This document shows positions 46,148 through 55,598 of a DNA stretch of 64,000 nucleotides, one piece after another. The number at the start of each line of letters is the position of its first letter. The stretch's first letter is position 1. The DNA comes from Syntrophales bacterium (GTDB taxonomy: Bacteria; Desulfobacterota; Syntrophia; Syntrophales; UBA2185). Under the pieces are notes generated by a model. The model worked only from the letters and a program-made list of their open reading frames with translations, was not told where the DNA came from and made no database searches. The DNA is taken from the NCBI GenBank assembly GCA_049512055.1, contig JBEKXK010000002.1, positions 11,639 through 75,638 on the forward strand, in the 5' to 3' direction. Made by a program: the position numbers and the translations under genes.

Positions 46148-46651
46148 ATGCCTCGTACTCTGGTTATTGGTATTGGCAATATAGACCGCGCCGATGATGG
46201 CATTGCATATTATGTGGTAAATGCCCTGCGGCGGCGCCTCGGCCAAGGGATGCTGCACGAAGACGAAACCGGGTTGGAGAGCCTGGGCGCACAGATAGAT
46301 TCCGTATTTTTGGTGCAGCTCGCACCGGAGTTGATGGATGTAATAATCCCTTACGATAAGATCATCTTTGTAGATGCACACGTTTATGAGAACGTGGATA
46401 GTCTCTATTGCGCCCCTGTATTTCCGGAGTTCACTCCCGCCACATTCACCCACCATCTGACGCCTGCGATGCTTCTTGCACTGCTCAAGTCACTTCACCA
46501 TCGAGAACCTGCGGGGCATATAGTTTCTATCCGCGGCTATGACTTTGATTTCCATCGCAGCCTCTCTACCGATACCGAGGCCCTCGTGGAGAAGGCAGTG
46601 GATCATATTCTGCAAGCGCATGGACCCTTGCATGATGAATCTTGCGCTTAA
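46148..46651 (+). CDS. hoxW: hydrogenase maturation endopeptidase (HoxW/HycI family)
   Basis: 167 aa. TLVIGIGNIDRADDGIAYYV is the typical N-terminal motif. It lies directly after the large subunit gene. Confidence 0.85.
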   Translation: MPRTLVIGIGNIDRADDGIAYYVVNALRRRLGQGMLHEDETGLESLGAQIDSVFLVQLAPELMDVIIPYDKIIFVDAHVYENVDSLYCAPVFPEFTPATFTHHLTPAMLLALLKSLHHREPAGHIVSIRGYDFDFHRSLSTDTEALVEKAVDHILQAHGPLHDESCA

Positions 46652-46852
46652 TTAAATTTATAATTACTCAGCACGGACATATTCTCCAAGGTTTGAAACG
46701 CCTGCAAAGCTCCCGCCCTTCCGGAACCCAACTTTGATGGATTTTCTTGAATTAATATGTTACCGTGAAAAACAAGTTCTGGGAAACATCTCACGCAGAG
46801 AAAGCTCATGCGGGAATTCATCCACAAGCAAATCTTTTTAGGACCGCATTTA

Positions 46853-47719
46853 ATGAATATGAGAAAATTCGCTGCATACCTGTGTCTGCTTTTTGTCGCG
46901 TCTTCTTTCTTTTTTGTGAGCGAAATCTCGGCTGCGCCCCGTATCAAACTGACAGCTAAGTCTGCTATTCTGATTAACGACAGCAACGGCAAGGTCCTCT
47001 ATACAAAAAATCCGGACCGGCCCATGCAACCCGCCTCGCTAACCAAAATCCTTTCCCTGTACCTTGTACACGAGGAAATCTCTCAGGGGAAAATTCATCT
47101 CACAGACAGGGTGAAAATAAGCACGGATGCCCAGATTACCGGTGGATCGAGCATGTACCTTGTCGATGAAACGGAGGTTGTGCTTGACGACCTCATAAAG
47201 GGTATGGCCGTTGTCTCTGCTAACGATGCCAGCGTTGCCGTGGCTGAACATCTTGGCGGCAGCATCGATAATTTTGTGAGGATGATGAATGCCAAGGCAA
47301 AGGCCCTGGATATGAAACGCAGTCATTTCGTGAATCCTAATGGACTTCCGGCCGGCGGGCAGGTCACTACCGCCAGGGATATTCTCAAACTCTCCCGCGC
47401 TTATATAAGAGATTTCCCGGAGGCTTTACAAATCCATTCCATGCAGGAATATACATTCGCCAATATTACCCAGCGCAACAGCAACACTCTGCTCGGGCAG
47501 TGTGAGGATGTGGACGGCTTGAAAACGGGTTTTGTCCGGGCTGCAGGATTTCACTTGGTTGCTACGGCAAAGAGGGGAGATACTAGACTCATTGCCGTTG
47601 TGATGGGCGAGAAAAATCCCAGAATCAGAACGCGGGACACGACAAGACTCTTGGAACAGGGTTTCCGCATGATTGCCGGGAAAGAAAAGGCTTCCGTATC
47701 GATAAGAAGTCGCTCGTAG
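46853..47719 (+). CDS. D-alanyl-D-alanine carboxypeptidase (PBP5/6-type, peptidase S11)
   Basis: Motifs SLTK (SxxK), SANDA (SxN) and KTGF (KTG). Signal peptide MNMRKFAAYLCLLFVASSFFFVSEISA. The track start at 46808 is in frame, so the exact start is uncertain. Confidence 0.88.
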   Translation: MNMRKFAAYLCLLFVASSFFFVSEISAAPRIKLTAKSAILINDSNGKVLYTKNPDRPMQPASLTKILSLYLVHEEISQGKIHLTDRVKISTDAQITGGSSMYLVDETEVVLDDLIKGMAVVSANDASVAVAEHLGGSIDNFVRMMNAKAKALDMKRSHFVNPNGLPAGGQVTTARDILKLSRAYIRDFPEALQIHSMQEYTFANITQRNSNTLLGQCEDVDGLKTGFVRAAGFHLVATAKRGDTRLIAVVMGEKNPRIRTRDTTRLLEQGFRMIAGKEKASVSIRSRS

Positions 47720-47908
47720 CGTCATCAGCGCTCAGTCAGCAAGTCCATTTTAGGGAAAACGCCGGCAGTCGAGCTTCAATCGGTCCATTGATTTAATTTG
47801 ACGAACTCCCTTCAATAAGGTTAGATTTACTGAATAAATCCATTATGGAAATTTTGTGACTTGAGAAATCATCACCAGGTATTTTCTACAATATAAGGAG
47901 GTAGAAAT

Positions 47909-48472
47909 ATGAAAAAAAAGGAGACGGACTATTTCTCCGCCTTGTACGAAGTGGCCAAGGTTATCAATGCTTCTTTGGACCCGTCCATTGTTCTGGAAAA
48001 GATTGTTCAGTGCGTGACTCGTGCTATGAACGTCAAGGCATGCAGCATCAGACTCTTGGATTCACGGAAGAAACAGCTTGTCCTTGGCGCTGCCCACGGA
48101 CTCTCCAAAGATTACCTTCATAAAGGGTCTATTCTCGTAAAGGAAAGCGGATTGGACCAGAAGGTTCTTGCAGGCGAGACGGTGTGGTTGAAGAATGTCC
48201 AAACCGATAAAAATTTCCAGTACGGAGCAAAGGCAAAAGCGGAAGGCATTAAATCGGTGTTTGCCATTCCACTGTTGCTCCGAAAAAATGCCATCGGTGT
48301 CCTCAGGGTATACTCGGAAAGCATCTACAAATTTGATGATCAGGAGATTAAGTGTCTGGAGGCAGTTGCCAATCTAAGCGCTATCGCCCTGGACAATGCC
48401 CGACATCACAAGACATTGCAATTACAATGTGATCTGATGGCTGCACACAAGTATCGCATTGACGACAATTGA
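47909..48472 (+). CDS. stand-alone GAF-domain protein
   Basis: 187 aa. GAF-like pattern (ALYEVAKVINASLD..., ...AIPLLLRKNAIGVLRVYS...). AAGGAGG SD upstream. Confidence 0.8.
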   Translation: MKKKETDYFSALYEVAKVINASLDPSIVLEKIVQCVTRAMNVKACSIRLLDSRKKQLVLGAAHGLSKDYLHKGSILVKESGLDQKVLAGETVWLKNVQTDKNFQYGAKAKAEGIKSVFAIPLLLRKNAIGVLRVYSESIYKFDDQEIKCLEAVANLSAIALDNARHHKTLQLQCDLMAAHKYRIDDN

Positions 48473-48484
48473 AAGGAGCACCCA

Positions 48485-49495
48485 ATGATTCGCCTCGGCA
48501 TAAACGGATTTGGACGAATAGGCCGGCAGGTGCTGAAAGCCGTGATGGAAAGGCATCCCCGGGCCCTCTCCGTTGTTGCAATCAACGACCTCTTTGACGT
48601 GGAAACCAACGCCCATCTCTTCAAATATGATACAAATTACGGACGCTATCCGGGAGAGGTCAAGGCTAAAAAGGATAGCTTTGTTATTGATGGTCGTCCG
48701 ATCAAGAGTTTAGCATTTCGCGACCCATCATCCATCCCGTGGGATGATCTGGACATCGATATAGTTATCGAGAGCACAGGCTTGTTTCTGACCGGTCCCA
48801 AAGCATCGGCCCACATCGACGCTGGGGCAAAGAAGGTCATCATCACTGCACCCGCAAAGGAAGAAGACATTACAGTGGTCATGGGCGTCAACCATAAAAA
48901 CTACAGACCCGGGAAGCATCATATAATATCCAATGCGTCATGCACGACCAACTGCCTTGCCCCGCCCGTCCTTGCTGTCCATGATACTTTCGGTATCAAG
49001 AAAGGTATGATGACGACCGTTCACTCATATACAAATGACCAGCGTATCCTCGATCTTGCTCACAGAGATCTGCGGCGGGCCCGTGCGGCAGGGCAGAATA
49101 TCATACCTACAACTACGGGTGCGGCAAGGGCGCTGTCACTGGTGATTCCCGACCTCGCCGGTCTCTTCGACGGATACTCACTTCGCGTACCCACGCCAAC
49201 CGTATCGGTCGTCGATTTCGTTGCAGAACTCAAGAGCAAGACAACGACGGAACAGCTGAGAACAGTCCTCGAAACCTCTTGCAGGAAACGGTTCAAGGGT
49301 ATCATGACATGCGAAAAATCAGGTTTAGTCTCCACAGACTTCAAGGGAAACCCCCACTCCTCCATAATAGATATGGAGTTCACACAGGTTCTTCAGGGCA
49401 ACATGGCCAAAGTCGTTGCATGGTACGACAATGAATGGGGTTATTCCTGCCGCGTGGCTGACCTCGCTAATTACATCGCGCAAAAAGGGCTGTGA
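48485..49495 (+). CDS. gap: type I glyceraldehyde-3-phosphate dehydrogenase
   Basis: 336 aa. INGFGRIGR, the active site [12 protein letters not shown], and WYDNEWGYS. Confidence 0.95.
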   Translation: MIRLGINGFGRIGRQVLKAVMERHPRALSVVAINDLFDVETNAHLFKYDTNYGRYPGEVKAKKDSFVIDGRPIKSLAFRDPSSIPWDDLDIDIVIESTGLFLTGPKASAHIDAGAKKVIITAPAKEEDITVVMGVNHKNYRPGKHHIISNASCTTNCLAPPVLAVHDTFGIKKGMMTTVHSYTNDQRILDLAHRDLRRARAAGQNIIPTTTGAARALSLVIPDLAGLFDGYSLRVPTPTVSVVDFVAELKSKTTTEQLRTVLETSCRKRFKGIMTCEKSGLVSTDFKGNPHSSIIDMEFTQVLQGNMAKVVAWYDNEWGYSCRVADLANYIAQKGL

Positions 49496-49501
49496 GCAAA
49501 T

Positions 49502-50830
49502 ATGAAACATGGCCGTATTCTGGTAATAGACGATGATGCCGTTGCCTGTGAATTCTTACAGGAGGCGCTTTCACGTGAAGGCTACAAGGTAGATACCTTT
49601 ACATCCGGGAAAGAGGCCCTGAAGAAAGAGCTGTCTCACTACGATCTCCTCATGTCAGATATCAGAATGCCTGAAATCGACGGGCTTCAGTTTCTCCGAC
49701 ATGTGCGTGAGAAATGGCCGGACCTGCCCGTTATCCTGATGACCGCCTACGGATCACTGGAAACCACCATGGAGGCGCTCAGACTGGGTGCATGGGATTA
49801 TATCAGCAAACCCTTTTCTCCTGAAGCCATTCGTGCCATGGTGCATAAAGTTCTCGAAGTGCGGGAACTGCGACAGCGCCGCATGCAAGGGCAGCCGAAG
49901 ATATCAGGTGAACCGCAATTTATCGGTTCTTCCGCTACCATGGTTGAATTTTATAAGCAGATCGTTCGCATAGCGGATGCGGATGCAAGTGTATTAATTG
50001 AAGGCGAAAGCGGCACAGGAAAAGAACTCGCAACGAGGGCCCTCCATCAGCTGAGCTCGCGGCGGGAAAAGCCTTTTGTCGTGGTTCATTGCGGCGCTAT
50101 TCCCGACACCCTTCTGGATTCAGAATTGTTCGGCTACGAAAAAGGGGCATATACGGGAGCGGACCACAAACACGAAGGACTTCTTGCATCCGCTCATAGT
50201 GGAACAATCTTCCTCGATGAAATTACGGAAATGTCGCCCTCTCTCCAGGGAAAACTCTTGCGCTTCATGCAGAGTGGAGAAGTCCGCAGGCTGGGCGCTC
50301 ACGAAGTAGGGCACTTCAGCGTCCGGGTAGTGGCCGCAACAAACCGTAATATAGATGATGATTTAAAAAAGGGAACCTTCAGATCGGACCTATTATATCG
50401 ATTCGTCGTGCGTCTGCATATGCCCCCTCTGCGGGAACATAAGGAAGATCTGCCGCAATTAATCGAATCCCTCCTGAAAAAAATCGGATACCCATCCGTC
50501 CGCATTTCCGATGAGGCCATGGAGCTTCTCATAGCCTATGACTGGCCGGGCAATGTCCGTGAGCTGCAAAATGTCTTGGAGCAGACACTGCTCCTGTCGC
50601 CCTTTATGGTGCTCCTCCCCGAGCACCTCCCGGAAAGATTCCGTCCAAAACGTGATGAGACGCTTCCTCTCTTGCCGCCTCTCGAAGAAGCGGAAAGAAA
50701 GCAGATCATCCAGGCGCTGCAAACCACGTCATGGAACCAGAGCCAGGCGGCTCAACTTTTAGGAATTGACAGAAAGACGCTGAGGACAAAAATTCAGCGC
50801 TATGGTTTATTGAGAGATGGCGCATCGTGA
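49502..50830 (+). CDS. sigma-54-dependent response regulator (NtrC-family enhancer-binding protein)
   Basis: 442 aa. Receiver domain (LMSDIRMPEIDG), AAA+ Walker A GESGTGKE, sigma-54 contact loop GAYTGA (a GAFTGA variant), and a C-terminal HTH (QSQAAQLLGIDRKTLRTKI). Confidence 0.92.
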   Translation: MKHGRILVIDDDAVACEFLQEALSREGYKVDTFTSGKEALKKELSHYDLLMSDIRMPEIDGLQFLRHVREKWPDLPVILMTAYGSLETTMEALRLGAWDYISKPFSPEAIRAMVHKVLEVRELRQRRMQGQPKISGEPQFIGSSATMVEFYKQIVRIADADASVLIEGESGTGKELATRALHQLSSRREKPFVVVHCGAIPDTLLDSELFGYEKGAYTGADHKHEGLLASAHSGTIFLDEITEMSPSLQGKLLRFMQSGEVRRLGAHEVGHFSVRVVAATNRNIDDDLKKGTFRSDLLYRFVVRLHMPPLREHKEDLPQLIESLLKKIGYPSVRISDEAMELLIAYDWPGNVRELQNVLEQTLLLSPFMVLLPEHLPERFRPKRDETLPLLPPLEEAERKQIIQALQTTSWNQSQAAQLLGIDRKTLRTKIQRYGLLRDGAS

Positions 50831-52386
50831 GGCTGTTCTACAGACGTCACATTCTCGACAATAGGGAAGTACAGAATAATTTGCGTGCCCTCAGAAGGAC
50901 CGCTCTTCATCTCAATCTTGCCGCCGTGGACCTTAACGATATCCTGCACAATAGCAAGACCCAGACCGCGCAGACCTTCATCCATATGGGTGCTGAAGAA
51001 AGGCTCGCAGACCCTTGCCAATAATTCAGGCGGAATACCTGGACCGTTGTCCCGGACAGTAATAGCCACAGCGTTATTTTGCGGCACTGCTCTGGCTGTA
51101 ACGGAAATCTTCCCCCCTCCGGACATTGCCTCCAAGGCATTCTGAATGAGATTAAATAGGGCTGTCTGAACGCGATATCTGTCAACAAAGAGAGTGGGGA
51201 TTTTTTCATCCACATCCACTATGAGTTGAATGCCTGATTTCTGCATCAGCGGTTCGACGAGGGGGAGCGTTTCGTTCAAAAGTTCAGGTACGCTTACTGC
51301 CTCAAAATGCGGCTCCGGAAGACGCGTGGCATGACGGACATTCTGAATGACGGTATTGAGCCTTTGCGTCTGCTGAACTATGAGTTCCAGTTTTCTGCCC
51401 ACGTCGGGCGGCCATGCGTCATGCTCCAGGAGCAGTTTCGCCAAGCCCGCAATCGAGTGCAGGGGAGTGCCCAGATCATGCGCCAAGGTCGCCGTCAAAT
51501 GACCCAGGGCTGTGAGCTGTTGTAGCTGGTTCACCTGCTGCTGAAGTTGAACCACATTGTGTGTCGCTTCCTGCACCCTCTCCTCCAGGTTCCTTTGGAG
51601 CTCCTGATTCCGCGCCAGCACCCGTTCAATCTCCTCGGCCATTACATTAAAATGATCTGCCAAGTGACCCCATTCATCCAGCCTGGCAATGGGAATCCTT
51701 TTGATGTATTTGCCTGCACGGAAGTCATCAATGGTGTCAATGATAACACCCAGCGGCCTGCCGATTAGCCATCTGTAACTTAAGGCCAGGACAAACAGGA
51801 TGGCGAATAAAAGGCCCATCGTGCTGAACAGCAGCAGGCGTTTCGCACGGGCCAGGATTTCAAATCTGGTCTGCGAAAAAACAATCACACCGACAAAAAC
51901 CTGCGTATCTCTTTCTGACAGAAACGGGTACAGCAGGCCCAGGGCAGGCCCGCCATCAGTATTCAATTCAACACGCTGTGTTCTTGATTTTTCCATAGCC
52001 GCCCCTATGACATTTTCAGGCCATTCATAGGGAACCCGCCCGGCACCCACAATATATTCCACTTCACCATTTACGATGGAAAAAAGATCAATGCGGGCCA
52101 GTCTGTCATCTGATTTTACGTGGTCTTCCAATGCATCATCGAGGGCGGATAAACCTTTACCGGTTGGAAAGTGCTGGTAGTACGTACTGACCGTTTCCGC
52201 AAGGTCATAAAGCCGTTTGACTTGCTGTTCAATGAGAATTACATTCAGCACCCTTAACTGGATCCAGCCCCAGATGGTCATGGTCACAGCCAGGCCCAAA
52301 ACGGTCAAGACAATGAGGCGCGTCCGGACGGTCATATTGGACACCCTGTATTTCGCCTTCTTGATAAAATCCTTCAGTGTTGACAA
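50800..52386 (-). CDS. sensor histidine kinase (2 TM, periplasmic domain, HAMP, HisKA, HATPase)
   Basis: 528 aa. H-box TLAHDLGTPLHSI, N-box QNALEAM, and G-boxes DNGPGI / GLGLAIV. Confidence 0.9.
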   Translation of the reverse strand: MSTLKDFIKKAKYRVSNMTVRTRLIVLTVLGLAVTMTIWGWIQLRVLNVILIEQQVKRLYDLAETVSTYYQHFPTGKGLSALDDALEDHVKSDDRLARIDLFSIVNGEVEYIVGAGRVPYEWPENVIGAAMEKSRTQRVELNTDGGPALGLLYPFLSERDTQVFVGVIVFSQTRFEILARAKRLLLFSTMGLLFAILFVLALSYRWLIGRPLGVIIDTIDDFRAGKYIKRIPIARLDEWGHLADHFNVMAEEIERVLARNQELQRNLEERVQEATHNVVQLQQQVNQLQQLTALGHLTATLAHDLGTPLHSIAGLAKLLLEHDAWPPDVGRKLELIVQQTQRLNTVIQNVRHATRLPEPHFEAVSVPELLNETLPLVEPLMQKSGIQLIVDVDEKIPTLFVDRYRVQTALFNLIQNALEAMSGGGKISVTARAVPQNNAVAITVRDNGPGIPPELLARVCEPFFSTHMDEGLRGLGLAIVQDIVKVHGGKIEMKSGPSEGTQIILYFPIVENVTSVEQPHDAPSLNKP

Positions 52387-52468
52387 AATACTTACCCTGC
52401 AAGATGGATTATGAACTCTTGGTCCTCATATCAGAAAAAAATGGAAAACTCAATTGTTCCATTAACGC

Positions 52469-52499
52469 AAAAAAGGCACAGAGATTATATCTCCATGCC
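52469..52499 (-). terminator. Rho-independent terminator after the small secreted-protein gene
   Basis: Minus strand reads GGCAtgGAGATataATCTCtgTGCC followed by TTTTTT. Confidence 0.55.
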
Positions 52500-52536
52500 G
52501 TTTAGCTGCAGACAACATACTATATTATTATGGATC

Positions 52537-52959
52537 TTATTTCCGGGGAGAAGGGGCCTCAGCGGGCAACGGTTTTGTTTCCTTCAAGGGAGAAGTCTTT
52601 CTTATTATCTTTCTTACAACCACCGGACTTACCCTCGTGGCGATATTCTTTCCGTCCTTCTTCAGGTAGTTCACCTTTACTTTATCGCCGGCATTGATTT
52701 TTTCAACGGGTTTATCCAGCGCAAATTCCATTGTCTCCGTTTTTCCCCTGACGGTGCGCTCAACCGATATCATTGTATCGGAGATATCCTTGACTACTCC
52801 TATGATACTCACCTTTGTTTCCTTAGGCGGTTTCACAGTAACTGCCTTAGACGGATCTGCCTTGGCAGGGGCCTGGGCCTGGGAAGGTCCGTCAACAGCG
52901 AAGACGGCAGCACTGAAAACAAAAACAATACCTGCTGCTAATACCATCAGACGTTTCAT
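52537..52959 (-). CDS. small secreted protein, hypothetical (sigma-54-driven)
   Basis: Same frame as ORF 52537..52989. Start set at MKRLMVLAAGIVFVFSAAVFA (signal peptide), 9 nt after AGGAGG. No family recognised. Confidence 0.6.
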   Translation of the reverse strand: MKRLMVLAAGIVFVFSAAVFAVDGPSQAQAPAKADPSKAVTVKPPKETKVSIIGVVKDISDTMISVERTVRGKTETMEFALDKPVEKINAGDKVKVNYLKKDGKNIATRVSPVVVRKIIRKTSPLKETKPLPAEAPSPRK

Positions 52960-53043
52960 TCCAGGCGACCTCCTTCTTATATTCTTCAAAGCACAGATCT
53001 ATCGCTGTCTTTAATAGATTCTTGTATTAAATGAATTTATTAG

Positions 53044-53059
53044 TGCAATCTGCATACCA
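53044..53059 (-). promoter_or_regulatory. sigma-54-type promoter (TGGTAT-N5-TTGCA)
   Basis: Minus strand reads TGGTATgcagaTTGCA with correct GG/GC spacing. It is about 85 nt upstream of the small secreted-protein gene and next to a sigma-54 EBP/kinase pair. Confidence 0.5.
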
Positions 53060-53230
53060 TATGGTTGTCTATTCCGGGATAATAAACTAACTATCTACAA
53101 TTACGTGAGATTAAATTAATGCCTCCGGTCCTGATAGGAAGTACATGATAGAAGATTGGAGAATTAAACCCCAGTTGTTGAGTAATTTTTCATCAATTGC
53201 TCTACAAATATCCCCTCGAGAAACATAAAA

Positions 53231-54166
53231 TTATGATTTTCTTATAATCATTCTCAATGCGGCAGGCATGATGTCAGCAACTATCGGTAAGCAGCACGGC
53301 TGTTCTCCATCGCAATCTACAAGGACGCGTTCCTCAGAGAATGCGCTGATCGTTTTCCCTGTCAGAATCGATACGCCTTTGATATCTTCGATTCTACCAT
53401 TATACAGTTTAGGGAAATGCCTGAAGACCTCGGCGAGACTCAAATTTCCGATCACAGTTATATGGAACAGGCCGTCATCAATGATCGCGTCCGGAGCCAC
53501 ACGCATGCCCCCGCCGTGATACTGACCGTTAGCCACGGCGATGTTCCAGGCAATGACGTTTCTGTCATACGAGTTGTCTATCTGAATGCGTATATTTTTC
53601 TTGCCATAGAGGAAGATAGAAACCAGGGTTGCCCAGATAAAGGAAATGAAGGGGCCGAATGCCTTGCTGCTCTTGTTGATCCGCTCATCAACTTCGCCTC
53701 CCAGGCCAAAACTGACGATATTATGGAAATAACGGGTTACTGGAAGTCTGTGGTCATTCCGGTGCCGAAGCCGCCCCACGTCAATGACCTTCATATATCC
53801 TTCTTTAATCGTGTCGAGTGATTGTTCGATCACTGCGGGAATAGGCACAGTCTTAATGAAATCACAGCCCGTTCCATTTGGCACAAAACCCAGCAGAGCG
53901 TCCTTCCTGATCGGTCCACTTTCATCCATGAATCCATTCACTACCTCATTAAGGGTGCCATCTCCGCCAACACAGATGATCAATTCGGTCCCTTCAATAA
54001 GCCTCATTCTGGCGATCCTCGCGGCATCCCCCGGTTTTGCGGTCAGATACGATGTAAAATAACCCAGGCGATCATGCGCCATAGCCTGAATGCGGGGCCA
54101 CTGCCTGCCTGTCAAGCCATTACCTGCATGGGGATTAACAATGAAGACAATTCTCTGGGAAGCCAC
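53231..54166 (-). CDS. diacylglycerol-kinase-family lipid kinase (YegS/BmrU type)
   Basis: 311 aa. IVFIVNPHAGNG and ICVGGDGTLNEVVNG (DAGK catalytic motif). Confidence 0.88.
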   Translation of the reverse strand: MASQRIVFIVNPHAGNGLTGRQWPRIQAMAHDRLGYFTSYLTAKPGDAARIARMRLIEGTELIICVGGDGTLNEVVNGFMDESGPIRKDALLGFVPNGTGCDFIKTVPIPAVIEQSLDTIKEGYMKVIDVGRLRHRNDHRLPVTRYFHNIVSFGLGGEVDERINKSSKAFGPFISFIWATLVSIFLYGKKNIRIQIDNSYDRNVIAWNIAVANGQYHGGGMRVAPDAIIDDGLFHITVIGNLSLAEVFRHFPKLYNGRIEDIKGVSILTGKTISAFSEERVLVDCDGEQPCCLPIVADIMPAALRMIIRKS

Positions 54167-54250
54167 AACTGTAACCTACTGTTTCGGATAAAACTATCAG
54201 CGCCGCAACGGAGAGGAAAATCTATAAAACATCTTTCTGCAATTTTTTCA

Positions 54251-55327
54251 CTACTTTCTTATGCGTCTATACACCCAACAGTGCAAGAAGAAAAAAAGGG
54301 TAACCAGTCCGCCCTGACGTATCATCTTTTTTGCAATTTTTCTCACGTCTTTCTGCCGATCCACCTTCTTATCGGCGAGATACATGCCGAGTAAACCGCG
54401 ATTAATCATGTGGTGGAAGCGTGCGTTGGGCAGGCGGGAGATGCTTTGGTCTGCCTGTTTATAAAAATGCATTAGCCTCGCCGTCATTTCATTGCTGTCG
54501 GGATAGTATGAACAGAAATTCAAATCCCCGCCGGCGCGGTCCTCCTCCTGATCGATCAGATAATCAAGCAGTATATGTAATCCCTGCACCCACGGGAAAT
54601 ATGCATCTTTGATACGCCCCGCCAGTTCCGCAGAACAATCTTCACGAAAAGCATGGGCAACTATGCAGAAGATGCCGAGTGTGGAGCCGGCGCACGCCGC
54701 AAATTCATACCAGCTCATCTCGGGCAAATGGCCCTTGTACCTGTCAAACCATGCCGCCAGACGGGGCACACGCTCTTCGATCCTCACATGCTTGTGGATT
54801 TGCAGTTCACAATAATAGCCGGCAAGTTCGTGAAGGGCCGGTGCGATTACATGATACGTCGGTAACTTCTTGAGAATTTCCTGACAGGTCGTAACAAGAG
54901 AGAGCAGGTAGCCGCCATCATCCTGTTCATTACGGAGACGGTAATAATTGTCACCGGATACGTCGGGGGTCAGGGCATGAGGCATTGATTCGTGAAGGGC
55001 GCGAAAATCCTCCGGATCAAGGGACGTGCTGCGATCACATAAATTGTCAAGATAGTCGCTGATGGTCTGATAAGCGACAATGAATCGTACCGCTTCGGGG
55101 TAGCGATCCCCCGCTAATAATGCGTAAATCGACCCTCCTTCACAATGGAATGTCTTTGTCTCGATACTCATGAGGGCTTGTTTGCGGAGCTCCGGATCAG
55201 GAATCTCTGTGGCCCTTCTTTTCCACTCCCCCAGATGACGATGGACATCAGGACGCACCCGGAGAATAATTTTTGTTGTCATCGTCCACAGGAAGGGAAA
55301 ATTGTTGACCAAATGACGCTCCTCCAT
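54251..55327 (-). CDS. tetraprenyl-beta-curcumene synthase family protein (YtpB/DUF2600)
   Basis: 358 aa. Long stretches match my recollection of Bacillus YtpB: KTFHCEGGSI, FIVAYQTISDYLDNLCDRSTSLDP, GLHILLDYLIDQEED..GDLNFCSYY, and NRGLLGMYL. Confidence 0.8.
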   Translation of the reverse strand: MEERHLVNNFPFLWTMTTKIILRVRPDVHRHLGEWKRRATEIPDPELRKQALMSIETKTFHCEGGSIYALLAGDRYPEAVRFIVAYQTISDYLDNLCDRSTSLDPEDFRALHESMPHALTPDVSGDNYYRLRNEQDDGGYLLSLVTTCQEILKKLPTYHVIAPALHELAGYYCELQIHKHVRIEERVPRLAAWFDRYKGHLPEMSWYEFAACAGSTLGIFCIVAHAFREDCSAELAGRIKDAYFPWVQGLHILLDYLIDQEEDRAGGDLNFCSYYPDSNEMTARLMHFYKQADQSISRLPNARFHHMINRGLLGMYLADKKVDRQKDVRKIAKKMIRQGGLVTLFFFLHCWVYRRIRK

Positions 55328-55598
55328 TTTTACCGCTTGCCCTTATGGAAACACCTTCGCAAAGAGTCTTTCCATTGCTCGAAAGCCCGAAGCAAGCTTC
55401 GCAAAAACACACATGCTTGCGCTTCATAACACAAGGTATTTTTTTACACAAGGGCGAGGTGCGCAAGTTTTAGGATTTGCCTTGACCCCTTATTTCTTTT
55501 CATGTTACCGCTCGCAAAGGATACTTAAATACTATACCCACCCGAGAGAGATGGGACATCAGGACAGGCGCTAATCGATAAGATATAACAGGCAGTCA

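Noticed and set aside
45470-46456. 328-aa minus-strand ORF spanning the hoxH 3' end and the protease gene
   Set aside because: Both + strand genes carry diagnostic hydrogenase motifs. The minus-strand ORF crosses an intergenic hairpin and has no recognisable features.
46648-46992. 114-aa minus-strand ORF between the hydrogenase protease and the carboxypeptidase genes
   Set aside because: It overlaps the signal-peptide region of the well-supported D,D-carboxypeptidase gene in antisense. No SD or motifs.
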